Assembly (NCBI RefSeq): GCF_036321535.1
Contig: NC_087437.1
Span: 74,278,001-74,342,000, forward strand
Length of the DNA stretch: 64,000 nt
Direction of reading: 5' to 3'
Origin: Camelus dromedarius
Lineage: Eukaryota
Shown: positions 39,886 through 53,119 of the stretch, in pieces
How positions within the stretch are numbered: position 1 is the stretch's first letter
Layout of the letters: the number at the start of each line of letters is the position of its first letter
The notes under the pieces: generated by a model
What the model was told of the DNA's origin: nothing
The model's input: only the letters and a program-made list of their open reading frames with translations
Databases searched by the model: none
Position numbers and translations under genes: made by a program

Positions 39886-40127
39886 TGTTTTATAAATTGA
39901 AGATGCCTTTAAGAACAAAGCAGAAGCTCAGTGACATGATTTAGGGCAACATGGCAGAACTAAGAGGCCATCTGACTGTATCTCCTTCAAATAACCCTGG
40001 CCCATAGGAAAGCAGCAGCTCAAAACATAACATGGACTTGTGGGAATCAGGGAACCAGGAACATGCATCCTTCCAGCTGTTGACTTAACTCTTCCCTACT
40101 TCTGCCACTTGGAAAAGGAAAGAAAGA

Positions 40128-40590
40128 TTGTCTTAATTTTGTTTCCCTGAAAAGAGGGCCCTGAGATGAGAATTCAACTTATTTGGGAAATGACCTCAGG
40201 AAGCAGAAGTGAAGGTAAGAAAGGAATGGGAGGGAACCTAATAAAGTGTAAGTTATTGAACTGGTTACCACTCTGGGCAAATTAACTTGGGTCCACTGAG
40301 GACCCTCTGAGGAACTGTGCAGACTACACTTTAGGATTATCTACCCAAAGGACAGAGTGCAGGGCATTCATCTTTCACCTTTTTGGCTGAGAGTTGCTGC
40401 TCGCAGGTTAATGTCCTCTCCCAAGCCTCTAACTCAGCACTTTCAGAACCCCCTGTGGTTTGGGGTGAGCGATCTAGCAGACGTCACAGAAAAGTCCTAA
40501 AGTGGGCAGGAACTTGGAGTGCCATGCTGTCGGCACACAAAGGAGCTGTGTCCCAGAGCCACAGCTGATGTCACAGGTGCACCAAGGGCA
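40128..40590 (-). mobile_element. ERVL LTR33-like solo LTR
   Basis: 'tgtctta...ttccctgaaaag...ccctgagatgagaatt...ttatttgggaaatgacctcaggaagca...aataaag...ggttaccactctgggcaa...ggaccctctgagg'. Confidence 0.75.
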
Positions 40591-42754
40591 TCAAAAGAAA
40601 TGGATGTGGAAAATCAGCGTCTTCTCAGGATCATTTGTCTTTAAGTATTTAACCTTCTGTATTCAACATCATACCTATAATGGGTGAAGGATAACGTGGC
40701 TCAGTGAGTTGAATCTGAGAGGAAACTAATAATTCACTTGGATCCAGATTTCTGAATGCTTTTGCACAAGAAGGTGGCATATCAAAAAGATTCCTTAATC
40801 GAATGCATTTTAGAAATCTTAAAAATGTTAAACAGATATTATTACACTGGAATTTTCTCCTCCATTAGTATGAGAATACTTACAGTGAGCACTCAAGGGG
40901 ATACACTGTATTTGGCATTTTTAAAATTTAACTTTTAACTTGTTAACTTTTCATGATGCACTATTGACATTTCCCAGAATGGTGTTTCTGAGAATCTATT
41001 TGAGGAAGTATTCAACAGGACCATATTGTGAGATAGAATAATTTAGACAACCTTCCTTGTGATGTAAGTGGGAAAGAAGCTCTTAGAGATTCACAGTCAA
41101 ATTATTAGGTTTGATAAAGGTGTTCCCTGGAAATATGGCTTGTGATGTATGACTGCCTCAATGGAGGACATCTTCCTGCTTTCGTGTTAGATCTGGCCTG
41201 GGTGTGGGGAGTGGAGAAGGGCAAGCACATCCACTGCTTTTCTCTTTCCCTCGCTTTTCACTTTTACTTAGACTTTAACTCAACATCCCAGCTGATGGCT
41301 CCCAAATTTTGACCTTGCCAGAATCTTCCCATGCGTGTGGGAGTCAGATTGGACCTTACTCCAAGAATTCAATTCTCTTTACATCAGTTCCTAAATAAAT
41401 GCAATAAGCTTTAAAATGATATAAAGTGGGAAAATGAAAAAATTGTAAAAGACAAGAAGGCTCTCACAGGAAGTCTAAAGAGGACTTTAAAAAGCGATTC
41501 AGCTTGGGAAATTGAAAATTAATACAATGAAGAGAAATTGAGAAGGATGCAAAGTTTCAAATGTCAGGAGAACCTTAGAGATCAGTAAAATTAAAGAGAA
41601 ATGTGTCTGCAGCAAAGGAATAGTAGAAACAGTTTACAGTATAAAATGAAAATTCTTTGCCAGGGTTACTTTGACCACTATGCAAGGAATAATATAATGA
41701 GAAACATTTGTGTAACTGGGAATTTTGTTTTAAAGATCAAGCTAAAGTAAAAATTTCGAGATGTAACTACATGAAACAGTCATATAGCTTAAGCCCATGT
41801 GTTCATACATTTGCCAGTAACATCACTTCTGCTAGACAGAATCACTTATAATTTGATGCAACTCAAGTGAGCAACAAAAGTCTAAATAAGCACACTAGAG
41901 CCTAAAAACAAGAAGAGAGGGGAAAAAAGTAGAACAAAGTATAGTATCTGAAGCCTGGTCAAGGAACAAGTCACGAAGGAACACTGGAAGTTTGAAAATA
42001 AAGGATAACCTCTGGAAACCTTTCAGTGAGGATCAAGATTTTTTATCATGTTCTGACTCAAAGAAAGCCTGCTCATGAAAACCACTGAGAACAAACATCA
42101 TCATGATTTCCAGCATCTGGAATACTGTTCCTTCCTAGGCTGGCACGGCGCCAGCAGCTCGCAGCTTTGGTGTTGTCTTCTCAGCAGAAGGGAGCTGGGC
42201 TTCCCATGGCTCTGAGAGGTTTCTTCCCCTCTGTCACAGGCTTTAAGGTCTTACTCATTTTCTCATTGAACTGTTACCTATTTGAAAACAGGGTCTGTGA
42301 CTTTTCACCTTTTGCATGCCTGGCAATCAACAGAGTTAAGGTTCTTAGTAGATACTTAATAAATGATTAGTGATAGAGGAAAAGAATAATGGAAGAACAA
42401 TTCAGTGGTGACTGGAATTAACAGTAGACTTTGGGAAACATGTGAGAGACACTAGCTTCTAAAATAGAATTCAATTAAACAAAACAAAGTACAAAGATTA
42501 GTTTTGACTGAACAGCTAGAAATGATTTTGTTTTCTTTTCTTTATTTCACTTGAAATAGCACAAAATATTTAAAACTACTAAATACAATTTTTAAATAAA
42601 TTATTCATCACTTCTATATCTTCTCAAAATTCACACTTTAGCTATTTTCAATATTTCAATATCTGCTAATTTATTTTTTTAAATCAGGTACTTTTTTTAA
42701 TGGCCATTGATACTAATAAAAAATTAATCTCTGATAAAAGGTCTTACTGGAAAG

Positions 42755-42960
42755 GGAGTAATACATAGTGGTTAAGTGTGTGGCCTCTAGAGAGACTGTC
42801 GGAGTTAAGCGTGGGTCTGTCATCTAATGGTTGTTTGATTTTTGACTGATTATTTAGCCTCTTTATGCCTGCACTTTTTTCACCTATAAAACAAAAATAA
42901 TAATGATACCTGCCAAATACAGTTTATGTTAGAATTAAATGAGATAATACATATGTTGAT
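42755..42960 (+). mobile_element. MIR SINE
   Basis: 'catagtggttaagtgtgtggcctctagag...ttatttagcctctttatgcct...cacctataaaac...gaattaaatgagataatacat'. Confidence 0.85.
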
Positions 42961-44279
42961 ATAAATAATCAATAACCAATCTATCATAAGACTAGAAGAG
43001 AGTTGTATTAAAGCCAAACTGAGGACTATATATTCTGCCCAGGAGACAGCCTCTCAAATAGCTCTAAGGAACTGTTCCAAAGGAGCATGGTTTTCAGCAC
43101 AGTCTTGTATCTTGTCAGAAGAAAAAACATCAAACACAACAGGGTACATCCCTTCAGAGTTTAAAAAAAAAAAAAAGACCAGCATGTACACGGGACAGGG
43201 AGTCAGCATAGCCTTGGGGCCTGGGAAGGGAACTTTATCATCAAAGGACGTCCCAGGAAGGGAGGCATTTATTTCTGTCCTCAAAATGGACATTCTTCTG
43301 GATGGTGCACCCTTCTCTTCAACAGTTAAAGGAAATATATGGTTAATAGGCCACAAAACAGACTGTTCTAGTTAGCATAAAGTGTAAGTCCAGTCCTGCA
43401 TAGGCTAGAACGACTTCCCCAGACCTCACTTTGTGACGATTTCTTCCATCACATGGAAAACATATAGTTCTGTTTCTAATATACCTTAAACATTCAATAA
43501 ATACTAGTACCACTTGACTATTAGTATAATTAGTAAATGTCTACTGCAGTATTTGCAAATGTTGTATTTATTATTTGGAAAACCTAGAAACCAAAACATA
43601 AAATATGCAAATTCTTGCTGAGCTGCCCTCTCTCCTCGGTGCTCTCACAGGCTAGCCCTGCTGTCACACTGGGCCATCACACACGTGCTCTCTACTTACT
43701 GGTCCTGCTCTGTAAGTTACAATGCTGAAATCTGAGGAAGTCCTTTCCCCTAATCTAAGTTAAATTCTGGTGTTAGGCCACAAGACACAAATGCTTTACA
43801 CACCCCAAGTTTTGCTATGCCTCCAGTGATACTACTTTTTCATTTAACTTATACTTTAATACATTTTTACTTTCTTGACCTTTTATCAGTCCTGGGAACG
43901 TGAAATACATAAAGATAATTTTGGTCAGAACATAACTGAGTGATGGTGCAATGCCATGCCCTCAAGTAAGTCCTCCTGTTGATCGCAAACTGGATTCCCA
44001 TACTTACCTTGTTTCCCTGAACTCTTCCTCAGTCCTCCTAGTGGGAGGCTGCTGTTCTGAAGTATTAGATGGTCTTAACTCAGGGCCCAGCTTATAGCCA
44101 GAGACCATCTCATTAGGGTCTGTCCTATCAGGTTACAAAGGCCCCTCTGGTAAATGACACTGGAGTCAACATGGCCAATAATCCTGGATGTGCACAAATT
44201 CCAAATACATATAAAGCTTAGGTCCTGACTAAGAATTATCTCTATATAAGCATTTTACCATCCAACCTGGTGCCATTAG

Positions 44280-44490
44280 AAGCATAATATAATAGGGAAA
44301 AGATAATAATCTGGTATTTGAGACTTGGATCCAAAAAAAAAATCACCTCTGTCACAAAATAGAAATATAATACATCAGTTTTTCTATTGTGATTTTCCTT
44401 TCCTTATTGCTAAAATGAGGACATTCATTTGTTTTGGATCAATTTTACAGAATTCTCATGAGAATCAAATGAGAAAACATAAAAAATAAT
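44280..44490 (+). mobile_element. MIR (degraded)
   Basis: 'agcataatataatagggaaaag...ttttcctt...taaaatgagga...tctcatgagaatcaaatgaga'. Confidence 0.6.
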
Positions 44491-44511
44491 AAAGCTTGAA
44501 AATGTAAGACG

Positions 44512-44740
44512 TCAGCATAGTAGAGTAGGAGGAACATCAGTCTTCAAGTGAGAGTGACCAGAGTTTGTAGTGACATCCGCAGGGGGGTGGAACTGAAACT
44601 GGGCAAGCTCCCAAGCCATGTAAGACTCACTTGTAAAATGGGAGCTTAAGTGGCTTCCTCTTGTAGTTTCATGACATTTAAATGAGAAGTACTAGAAGCA
44701 CCAGGCAAAGTTTCTGGGACTTAGAAGGCACCCACTAGCA
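44512..44740 (+). mobile_element. MIR (degraded)
   Basis: 'cagcatagtagagtaggaggaacatcagtcttcaagtgagag...ctgggcaag...cttgtaaaatggg...ttaaatgagaag'. Confidence 0.6.
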
Positions 44741-47065
44741 GCTGACTGTCTCTCTGTCTCTTCCTCCAAAACAAGCAATTATACAAACACTAAATACACT
44801 TTTTCATTATATAAATATGCCAAGAGTACAAATGCACAGCCTTTAGCTACACAGTGTGTTTTATTCTGATATCTCATTTGAAATAATCATCCTTTGAGGT
44901 CTTTCTTTTCAAGTCTTTGACTTATCTGGTCATATTCCCTGAGCAAAACAGAAAATCCAATTTTTTTCTGTTTATTTTTATTTTTCTGTAAACACATTCT
45001 AAATAATTCTGTTACTCCTTTTCAGCTTCTACATTTCCTTCAATGTCGGTGTTTTTATTTGACCCACAGAATACAGCTTTTCTACATGATGTTTTAGAGA
45101 TTGTACCCATAAATTCCCAAGGATCTCTTGTGATATCATTTGTTAAAACTCCTATCTTTCAGTAGTAGAACACATTGTGCCTTTTTTTTTTCCTTTCACC
45201 CTCTTCATGAGATTTTAATTTTTCCTGCTTCAACTCTAGATTCTTGATGTGGTAACAGTTAAAGAGAAGGAACAATTTAGTATTTTATTGAGCAAGACTT
45301 CCCAAACTTGAAGTGCAAAGCTATTTTTGAGAAATATATTGTTTTTTTCTTATAAAGATATTCAAGGTAGGGGTCATATTCTATCCTTCTATGCAATGAG
45401 GAACTTTTTGTCTTTTTTTTAATGTTTCAAAAATAATAGCATAGACACATGCTGGGTTGTTAAAAAGAATCATGGTATCAATGTGATTTATTCTGTGGAT
45501 TGTGAAAATACACTGAAAGAACTGTATCACAATATACGTGATTGAGTATTCAATATATACAATATGCTTTTCAAAAACATCTTCTTTGTTTCATAGCTAA
45601 CCTTGTTGATGCCATGCATCCCCCACCAGGAACGTTCTTTTGTCTCTCTATATGAACCTTTACAACCTTCAGTAGCTATACACATCAAGGAGGTAAAATA
45701 CCTTGAAAACAGTACACTTAGTAGAAGGTTATATGCCTTCCTATGCTGCAATCTCTCTCAGTCTCTTTGAAAAGTTTCATTTAAATGTCTATATTAATTA
45801 TGTTTACGTGTGGGTGTCTTTTTCAATTTCAGGGCAGCTGAATGAACTTTCTTAAAGGTACTAAAATTCAAGTGCAGCTGAGTTAAGGACACTGGTAAAT
45901 ATAGTATGAATAGAATTTATGAAAAGGTTTTCACTCAGCTGTGGCTTGAAAACTGTACTTTTGATGCAAGATATTTTCTCATGAATCTATGCCCCTACTG
46001 ATACAAGGAGAAACAAAAGTCTGTTCTCACAATGAAATGAGCTAAATGCATTTTGTAATGTTATACATGCATATTATACATATATCGTCCATACATATTT
46101 GGTTCAAAAGGCACACAGGGGCCATTTCTTATTATCACTTAATAGAAAATGCTTTTATATTTATGTATTGGACCTTCCAATTATGCTTGTATTCATTGGT
46201 ATTAAGCAGGAACTTTAAAAATCCAGTACTAGGCCTTAAGTGGAATCTTGGTTGGAACTGTACAAACTTAATGACTGGAGAGAAAGCAAGCCATGTCTGT
46301 GTGCCATATGTTAATGGAAGTTTGCAGAGATCCTTGCAAGAATGACCCACATTTCCCAAGTTCTTGTGGAGCAAATGGTCTATTGTATTTCATCTTTGAC
46401 GTTAACCTAAATCATGATATGTTTTAAATATGCCAGGGCAAAACAAAATGGTGGATTTCAAAGACAGGGGAACTGATTTACATAAGACAAATAAAACTTA
46501 ACTCCAAATGCATTAACATTTACCATAACTTTAAATAAAAGTTAGCTTTGGAAGCTTCACTGGACACCAGAGAGAGGCTCTAGGTCCATACACAGATTAT
46601 TAGTCCAAGCAAAAGTCCAGGCACCCACAGTTAACTTGAGCTTCTGTATTGAACACATGGTGAACTATTGCTACAGCATGTGATGTATTCCCAGGAGACA
46701 GGACCACTCAGAATAATAGGGTTTACTGAATTAAAAAAAAAAAAAAAGATTCAAACTCTTCTGATCAGTTAACAAAAATATCAGCATTACCCAAACCATA
46801 AAATGATAATGTGTGAGTTTTCTCTTTATTTGGCTCCTTAGGGTCATTTCAGTTGTGAATGTTGAATTTTGAGGAGATTCGTAAAGCAAATATCGTCCTT
46901 CCCAGGTGTAATCTAACTGCAGGTGACATCAGCCAAGGGGTCGGCAAGAAATATCCCTCATTTTTACTTTTAATGACACTCTCCACATTGTTTTTCTTAT
47001 AACTATAGAATAAACATCATAAAATAACTGGACTCATAGGTCAAAACTGGTATAATCTAGGACAC

Positions 47066-47119
47066 ATATAGATAGATGGATAGATAGATAGATAGACATA
47101 CAGACAGACAGACAGATAG
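47066..47119. repeat. (GATA)n/(GACA)n tetranucleotide microsatellite
   Basis: atatagatagatggatagatagatagatagacatacagacagacagacagatag. Confidence 0.9.
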
Positions 47120-49049
47120 AACAGTCCGACAAAAAACAAACACTGTAGTCACAGTTTTCGTTCTGTGCCCTATTGGTCAGCACAGAAGTAATAAGGCCAA
47201 AGACCAAAGCCCTCTAGTGATTAAATTCTGCATCCTTGCGTGCCAGCATACATTTCTCAAGATAAAGTGTCAGTGACAAAGTGGATCATCCTAGCAAGGG
47301 TTGGTAAATCTCTCTCAAAATATTTTCCATGAACACACACACACACACATTATATTAGGTCAACAATTTTCGTCATTTTTCTCTGACTCCGTGTCTATAA
47401 GAAAAATCACTGACCTTAAACCAATGAAAATCTATATACGGGGAGCTACAGAACATCAAAACAACATGTTGGATCTTTGAAGATAAAGTGAATTCAATCC
47501 AGCGCAACTGTGTTGACATTCTTACCTTAGGCTGTACCTTCTATTTGTTATTAAAAACATGAGCTCTTGGGATGTGCCAGTTGGTATCCCCAATAATGAA
47601 GTAATTTTTTACTTGGTAAGCAGACCAAACTGTTGCTTTTGCAGTAGAGCATGACTATAAAAATGGAAATCAATATAATAGTAATAAAATAATATTTGAG
47701 TTAATTTAGAAACTAGGTAATATCTTTCATATTAATTCTATCCCATATATTAAAACCCAGGTTTTATTTTTAACCTGGAAATAACTTTTCCTAATCATAA
47801 ATGAATACAAGCTGGAAAAGTATGTGATTCTTTTTAAAAGAAGAATAAAATGAAAGTAAATAAAAGTCCTCTTCTACTCAAGCAAGCACTGACCTTCTAA
47901 CATTGAACTGAGCAGAAGACTGGCCTTCAAATCAGTGCCCTAGATGGCCATGTGGTATATTTCAAAAGAGTTTATCAGGACTTCTCATCAGACACCACCT
48001 GTGAAGGACAAACATCACACCTTGTCTCATTTCTTTGTGTTGCACTCATTCATTACAAGAGATCGAGAAAGAACAAGGAGTGTTGAGAAATTTTAAACAT
48101 GCTTTTCCATTTGCTATTAAGAGTTTCTTGTCAGTCTATCTATTCAGGAAGCATTATTCTGCCTCATCTTTATTTCATATGTTTTTAAACTTCTTTAGTT
48201 TTCTCACATGCTTTTCAACAAGCTCTGAAATATTTCACTGTGAGATGGTATCACTTTTCTTTTCCCAGGAATGTATCATTTCTCTATCATTTCTATTTTA
48301 CTCTTGGTCCTCTTTGTTTCTCATGGTGAAGATTTGCAATATCAATAAGGACTATAAAATAACACTTCCATTAACAATAGGATGTTTATCAAAGAGCAAT
48401 AAGACAACCTTCTTAACAAAGGTTAATTATCACAGTTTCATTTAAAATGCATATTTTTAAAAAGTTCAGAGAAGAGACATAAGAACTTAGCAATAGTTAC
48501 TAGAAAATGATTTTGTTGAAGAACAGGGAAAAGCCAAGTTTCACTACACCATGAGTTCCCAATGGAGACACCAATAAATAATTATCTTAGCTCATTTTTC
48601 TCCTACATTACAGTGATCTGCTATGTGTTCAGATAAACTCCCTTCACACATCCAGTGGGAAAGCTGTTCTGCCTACATGCTTGCCTAATCTGCACAGGCT
48701 ACTGTTCCCTAACCTTTATTCAAGGGAAAAATCTGTTGAGAAAAGACTTACCAAAGTCAGAGGAAACACTTATTCTAACCATTATAGTTTTTTCAGTCAC
48801 AAAGAGTTACAAGGTATATAAATATTATCAATAATGTGAAGTAGGACATATGAAATAAAGGATCCTAGTAGAAAAAATTTAGTCACTTTGAATAATATCT
48901 TAAATTATTATCACAGGTAACAAAGAAAAAAACATCAGAAAACAAGGCAATCATTGTGACTTTATACATATGGAGTGAGTGGTAGAAAAGAGAATGTGGC
49001 TGAAAACCAAGTTAGTGATTTTGATTTTAAAGACCAGTTATAAGATGGT

Positions 49050-50200
49050 AAAGTAAAACAGACACAGAGAAATTGAGGGGGAAATTATGCAGATTCCAGA
49101 AAGTCTGACAGCCTTTTAAAAATATTTTCAGAGGAGGAAGCAGAAACAATGGAGAGAGGGTCCAATCAGAATACAATAGAACATTCTCCTAATATGAAGA
49201 AATTTCAGACTGAAAAGACTTGAAGGATTTTTGAGAAAAAAAGACCAACTCCTAGACACAGCCCTATGAATTCTAAGGATAAAGAGAAAATGCTGAGAAC
49301 TTCTACAGAGAAATAAAACTTACCTGCGTAAGTGGAGGTGTTCATTAACTACTCCTGGACCACCTAAGTGAAAATCATATACCACTGACAAAGATTTTCT
49401 TATATTAAGCAAGGGGTGAAAGAATGTCTTCAAATTCTTGGTGAAAAATATTTGGAATATTACATTGTCTACCCTGCCAAATTACCAAGAAAATGAGAGA
49501 GCAATACAGAATCAGTTTTACATTCTAGTTTTATAATGCCAGAACTCAGAAAATTTACCACCCATGCATTATATATTATCCAGAAGGCCTGCAGGAAACA
49601 GAACAGAAAAAAAAGTTTATTTGACATTAACAATTGAAAGGGTCTTTTTTGAAATGTGAATTTTTTATTCGTTAGGATCATATTTTATTTTCTATGGGTC
49701 CTTTCACGTTCTTGACTTCATATCATAAAATATTTAGAAAACTATACTGTAAATGGTGCCTCTTAGTCTTTGATTATTTGGAATCAATCTAAACATAGCA
49801 ATGGAAGCTTAATGTTTAAAGAACAGAATGAAACTCTATGAAGTTTGGCAACATAAAAATGGTAATAGTGACTAACAAAAACTGAAAGGTAAAATGGAGA
49901 ATTGAAAGAAAAGTTGAGTATACACAAGTTCTTATTTTTATGGTAGAGAATGCTCAGGCACTGTATTAATTTGACAAGTCAATAAATCATATATTAAATA
50001 AGTTTATTATCTGAAATTTGAGGGGCAATTAAAAGAAAAGTGAACAGTTAACAGCAGTTTCCTTTGGAAAATGAAATTGGCTAGGGATGGATATTGGAAA
50101 GGGAAGAAGCCAACTAGATTTTATATTTTATTTAATTCTCTATATAGTGTGAATTTTTCAACCAATCAAATGAATTGATTTTATAATGAAAACTTTAACA
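49050..50200 (+). mobile_element. Ancient HAL1/L1ME-type fragment (ORF1 region to 3' end)
   Basis: 'agaccaactcctagacacagcc', 'aaggataaagagaaaatgctgagaacttctacagag', 'aatgtcttcaaattcttggtgaaaaat...ctaccctgccaaatta' resemble L1 ORF1 motifs. Confidence 0.6.
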
Positions 50201-50729
50201 AGAAACACATTAAAGTAAATATTGCCTCTGAATTTTGCAAATAAGTAAAAAATAAGGTATAATTTTGCTTAAGCATTAAAAAGTAATAACCTCAAAAGTG
50301 CCTTAAGATCATTAATACATTGAATGATAGCTATCAAATAAACAAAACCATTTTAAACCAAAGGGTCAAAAACACCAGTAACCATACAGACAGTCTATTT
50401 ATCATTCTTTCTTCACTGCGCTGTGATATGTACCAGGTTCAGAGGTTAGCTATTTGGTAAAACCAGAAACTATGATCTTGGGCCAGACATAGAGCCTGAA
50501 TAACCCAGGAACGGTCAAAGCTCCCCACTCAATAGCTTACTCTGATGTGCCATTGGTGGTCCCTCAGTGACAAAGTAAAATACAAGATACGCTGCACCCC
50601 TCACCTATCTGCTGAATGTCATGCAGAGGGAAGAAACAAGCCTCATCAAGGAGCAAATGTCACTGTAGTTCCAATTGTGCAAAACTGTGTCACCTGGCGC
50701 TGACTATGTGAATGTTCCTCTCCTCTTAG

Positions 50730-50920
50730 GAGGCAGTATTTTTTAAAGAAAAGAGGTATTTGAAATCAGACAGCCTTGGGTTTGAATTCTGACTCTACCT
50801 TGTGAGCTGAAGCATCTTGATTAAGGAAACTCTTTCAGATACCACTGCTCTCCATTCAGTTTCTTCATTTGTAAACAAACAGCAACTGCTCAAGGTTGTG
50901 TTATAAGCCGTAAATGAATA
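50730..50920 (+). mobile_element. MIR SINE
   Basis: 'tttgaaatcagacagccttgggtttgaattctgactctacc...ttcagtttcttcatttgtaaa'. Confidence 0.75.
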
Positions 50921-53119
50921 CGCTCTTATCTAGGATCTCCCGTGATTATTTTTACGGTTTAGAATCAGCAGATGAAAAGAATAATTACTGTGAACATGTT
51001 CATTGTCATCACTAAGCCTAAACATAATTCACTCTTTTTTGAGAAAATATTAAAAATGTTAAATTCGGATTTTAAATGGTAGTACCATTCATATGAACTA
51101 GAGGTTTATAAACAATTATTCATCATAGGTCAGATTTTAGAGAACCACATAATAAAGGTTAGAAAAAGTATGTAACATTGTCATCTGAGCTTTCCTAATC
51201 AGTGAAGAATTATCTGTTGGGAGACGAGAGGTCCTAGTTTTTGTTTTACTGTTACTCTCTTTTAATAGCTTGGGTCTAGGGACTGTATAATATTGTCTCT
51301 TCAACTAGAATGACATAAAGGACCAATGACTCTGTTAAATTTCATACTTTGATTTTTCAGATGCTGAATATCTTACAATTAAGGGATCATTTCGTCAAGC
51401 ATACAATTAAAGGAGGTTAGTCTACAGAAAAGAGCAGACTTTAGAAATGTCATGAATGCATAAAAAGATGAGCTATCCAAAATTAAACTGAGTTTTCCTT
51501 ATCTCATATATTCCTTTATTATTGTAACTCAATTCTCTTTCTGACCACATGCATCAACCATGCACTAGTGACCTGGTTCCAGGAAAAAGACTACACTCGA
51601 GGGAAAAATATAATTCAGCATTTCCCCTTTAAAAAAAAAACTGAGCCATTTATCAGGTTTAACTTGCTTTTACATTTACAGTGAATGGAATAATGTACAT
51701 GTTGACATCGAGCTTTATAAACTGGTTTTCCCATTTATTACTTGAGGGACTTGTGGTAGATCTGCCGAAGGACATGCACAGTTAAATACATCCGAACTTT
51801 CCATTATTCAGGCTGCAGTACTGTCTCTGTGCTCACAGGTCACTTATACTTAAGGCTTATCTGCAACGACGTTCATGTTCCTTTCTACCTCCTTGCTAGG
51901 ATTCAGTATGCATTTAAGTCCTACCCTGTTCAATTCATTGATTATCTGATGAAGAATATGTTTTCATTCATTTTTCTGAAGGTCTAAGTAACAGAGATCG
52001 GACTTTGTTTTTGTAATAGCAATGATATCAGAATGATTTCTCTACTTCGCCATCCTCAGATTATTCCACGGAGACCATTATCTTGTTTGATTTCTTTTCC
52101 TGGAACTTCCTTTAGCATAGACTGTCTCCCCAAATCAAAGTTTTTAATTATTTACAACGATAAGTGTTTCTAAGTAGGATTAATGTACCAGCACTCCAAG
52201 ACAATTGCCTGGCTCCCCAAGGAAACGCTCCTCGCACACTGCACTTGGCTTGAACAGACTATGAAAGTATCTGTAGTTAACTATACTTGGCCCCTCAACT
52301 TTTTTGCTATTATCTTTTTTCCTGTTTATGTCGGGAAATGAGGATATAACTTTTCTTAATATTGTTGCTGAAATGCACTCTTCTCTACTACTTGATTGAC
52401 TTTTTGGAAAGGATTCTGAGGAGCAGTCAATTGAGGAAGACGCTCTACTGGAAAAAACAGACCTTATGTACAATGAACTCATCCTGTTTCAATCTTGTGA
52501 ATCTTTTTATCTTCTGCGGACTCTTTACAACATGGACAAAAAAACACTATCTATTCAATGTGACATGTGGAAGAGCTGCTTTAATTGTATTTCACACTTT
52601 CTGCATAGAATTTTTTTTTTAGAAATACTAAAATCTAAAGAATTTACCAAATGTCAAAAAAAAACCTCTTTCTTTTCCTAATGTTCTTTATTCAGCTTTC
52701 AATCAAGACCAGGAAGTTCCACTGCATCCCCCAACTCAAGGCTGAACAAGAGCCTAAAAGAGTTTATTCACTCTTCTTCTACTCCTTTACTCACATGGCT
52801 TCCTGCTTGTTCCGCACTCCTGTCCTCCCTGCCAACCAGCCCCAGACTTGCCTGGACCAAATAAGTCTTTCTTTATTGACACTATATCCCCATCACTCTT
52901 GCACTTCCCAAGTCCCTGTGCCCCTTACAAAATGTTTGCTCCACTGCCCACTGTATGAGGATGTGTTTTGACCTTATGTTAAATTGCATTTCAATGAGAC
53001 AAAACTATACTTTGCTTGTTTTATTCACAGACCTCAAAATGTGAAATTGCTTCCATATCATCAAAAAAAAAATATTGACATAGATTCAGAACACTTGGTT
53101 CCAACTTGATTTTAGATCC

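Noticed and set aside
39427..39918. Longest ORF in the track (163 aa, minus)
   Set aside because: Lies wholly over two MIR fragments; no recognisable domain or splice context
48035..48445. 136-aa F/S/L-rich ORF
   Set aside because: Non-ATG start, composition reflects T-rich DNA, no recognisable homology
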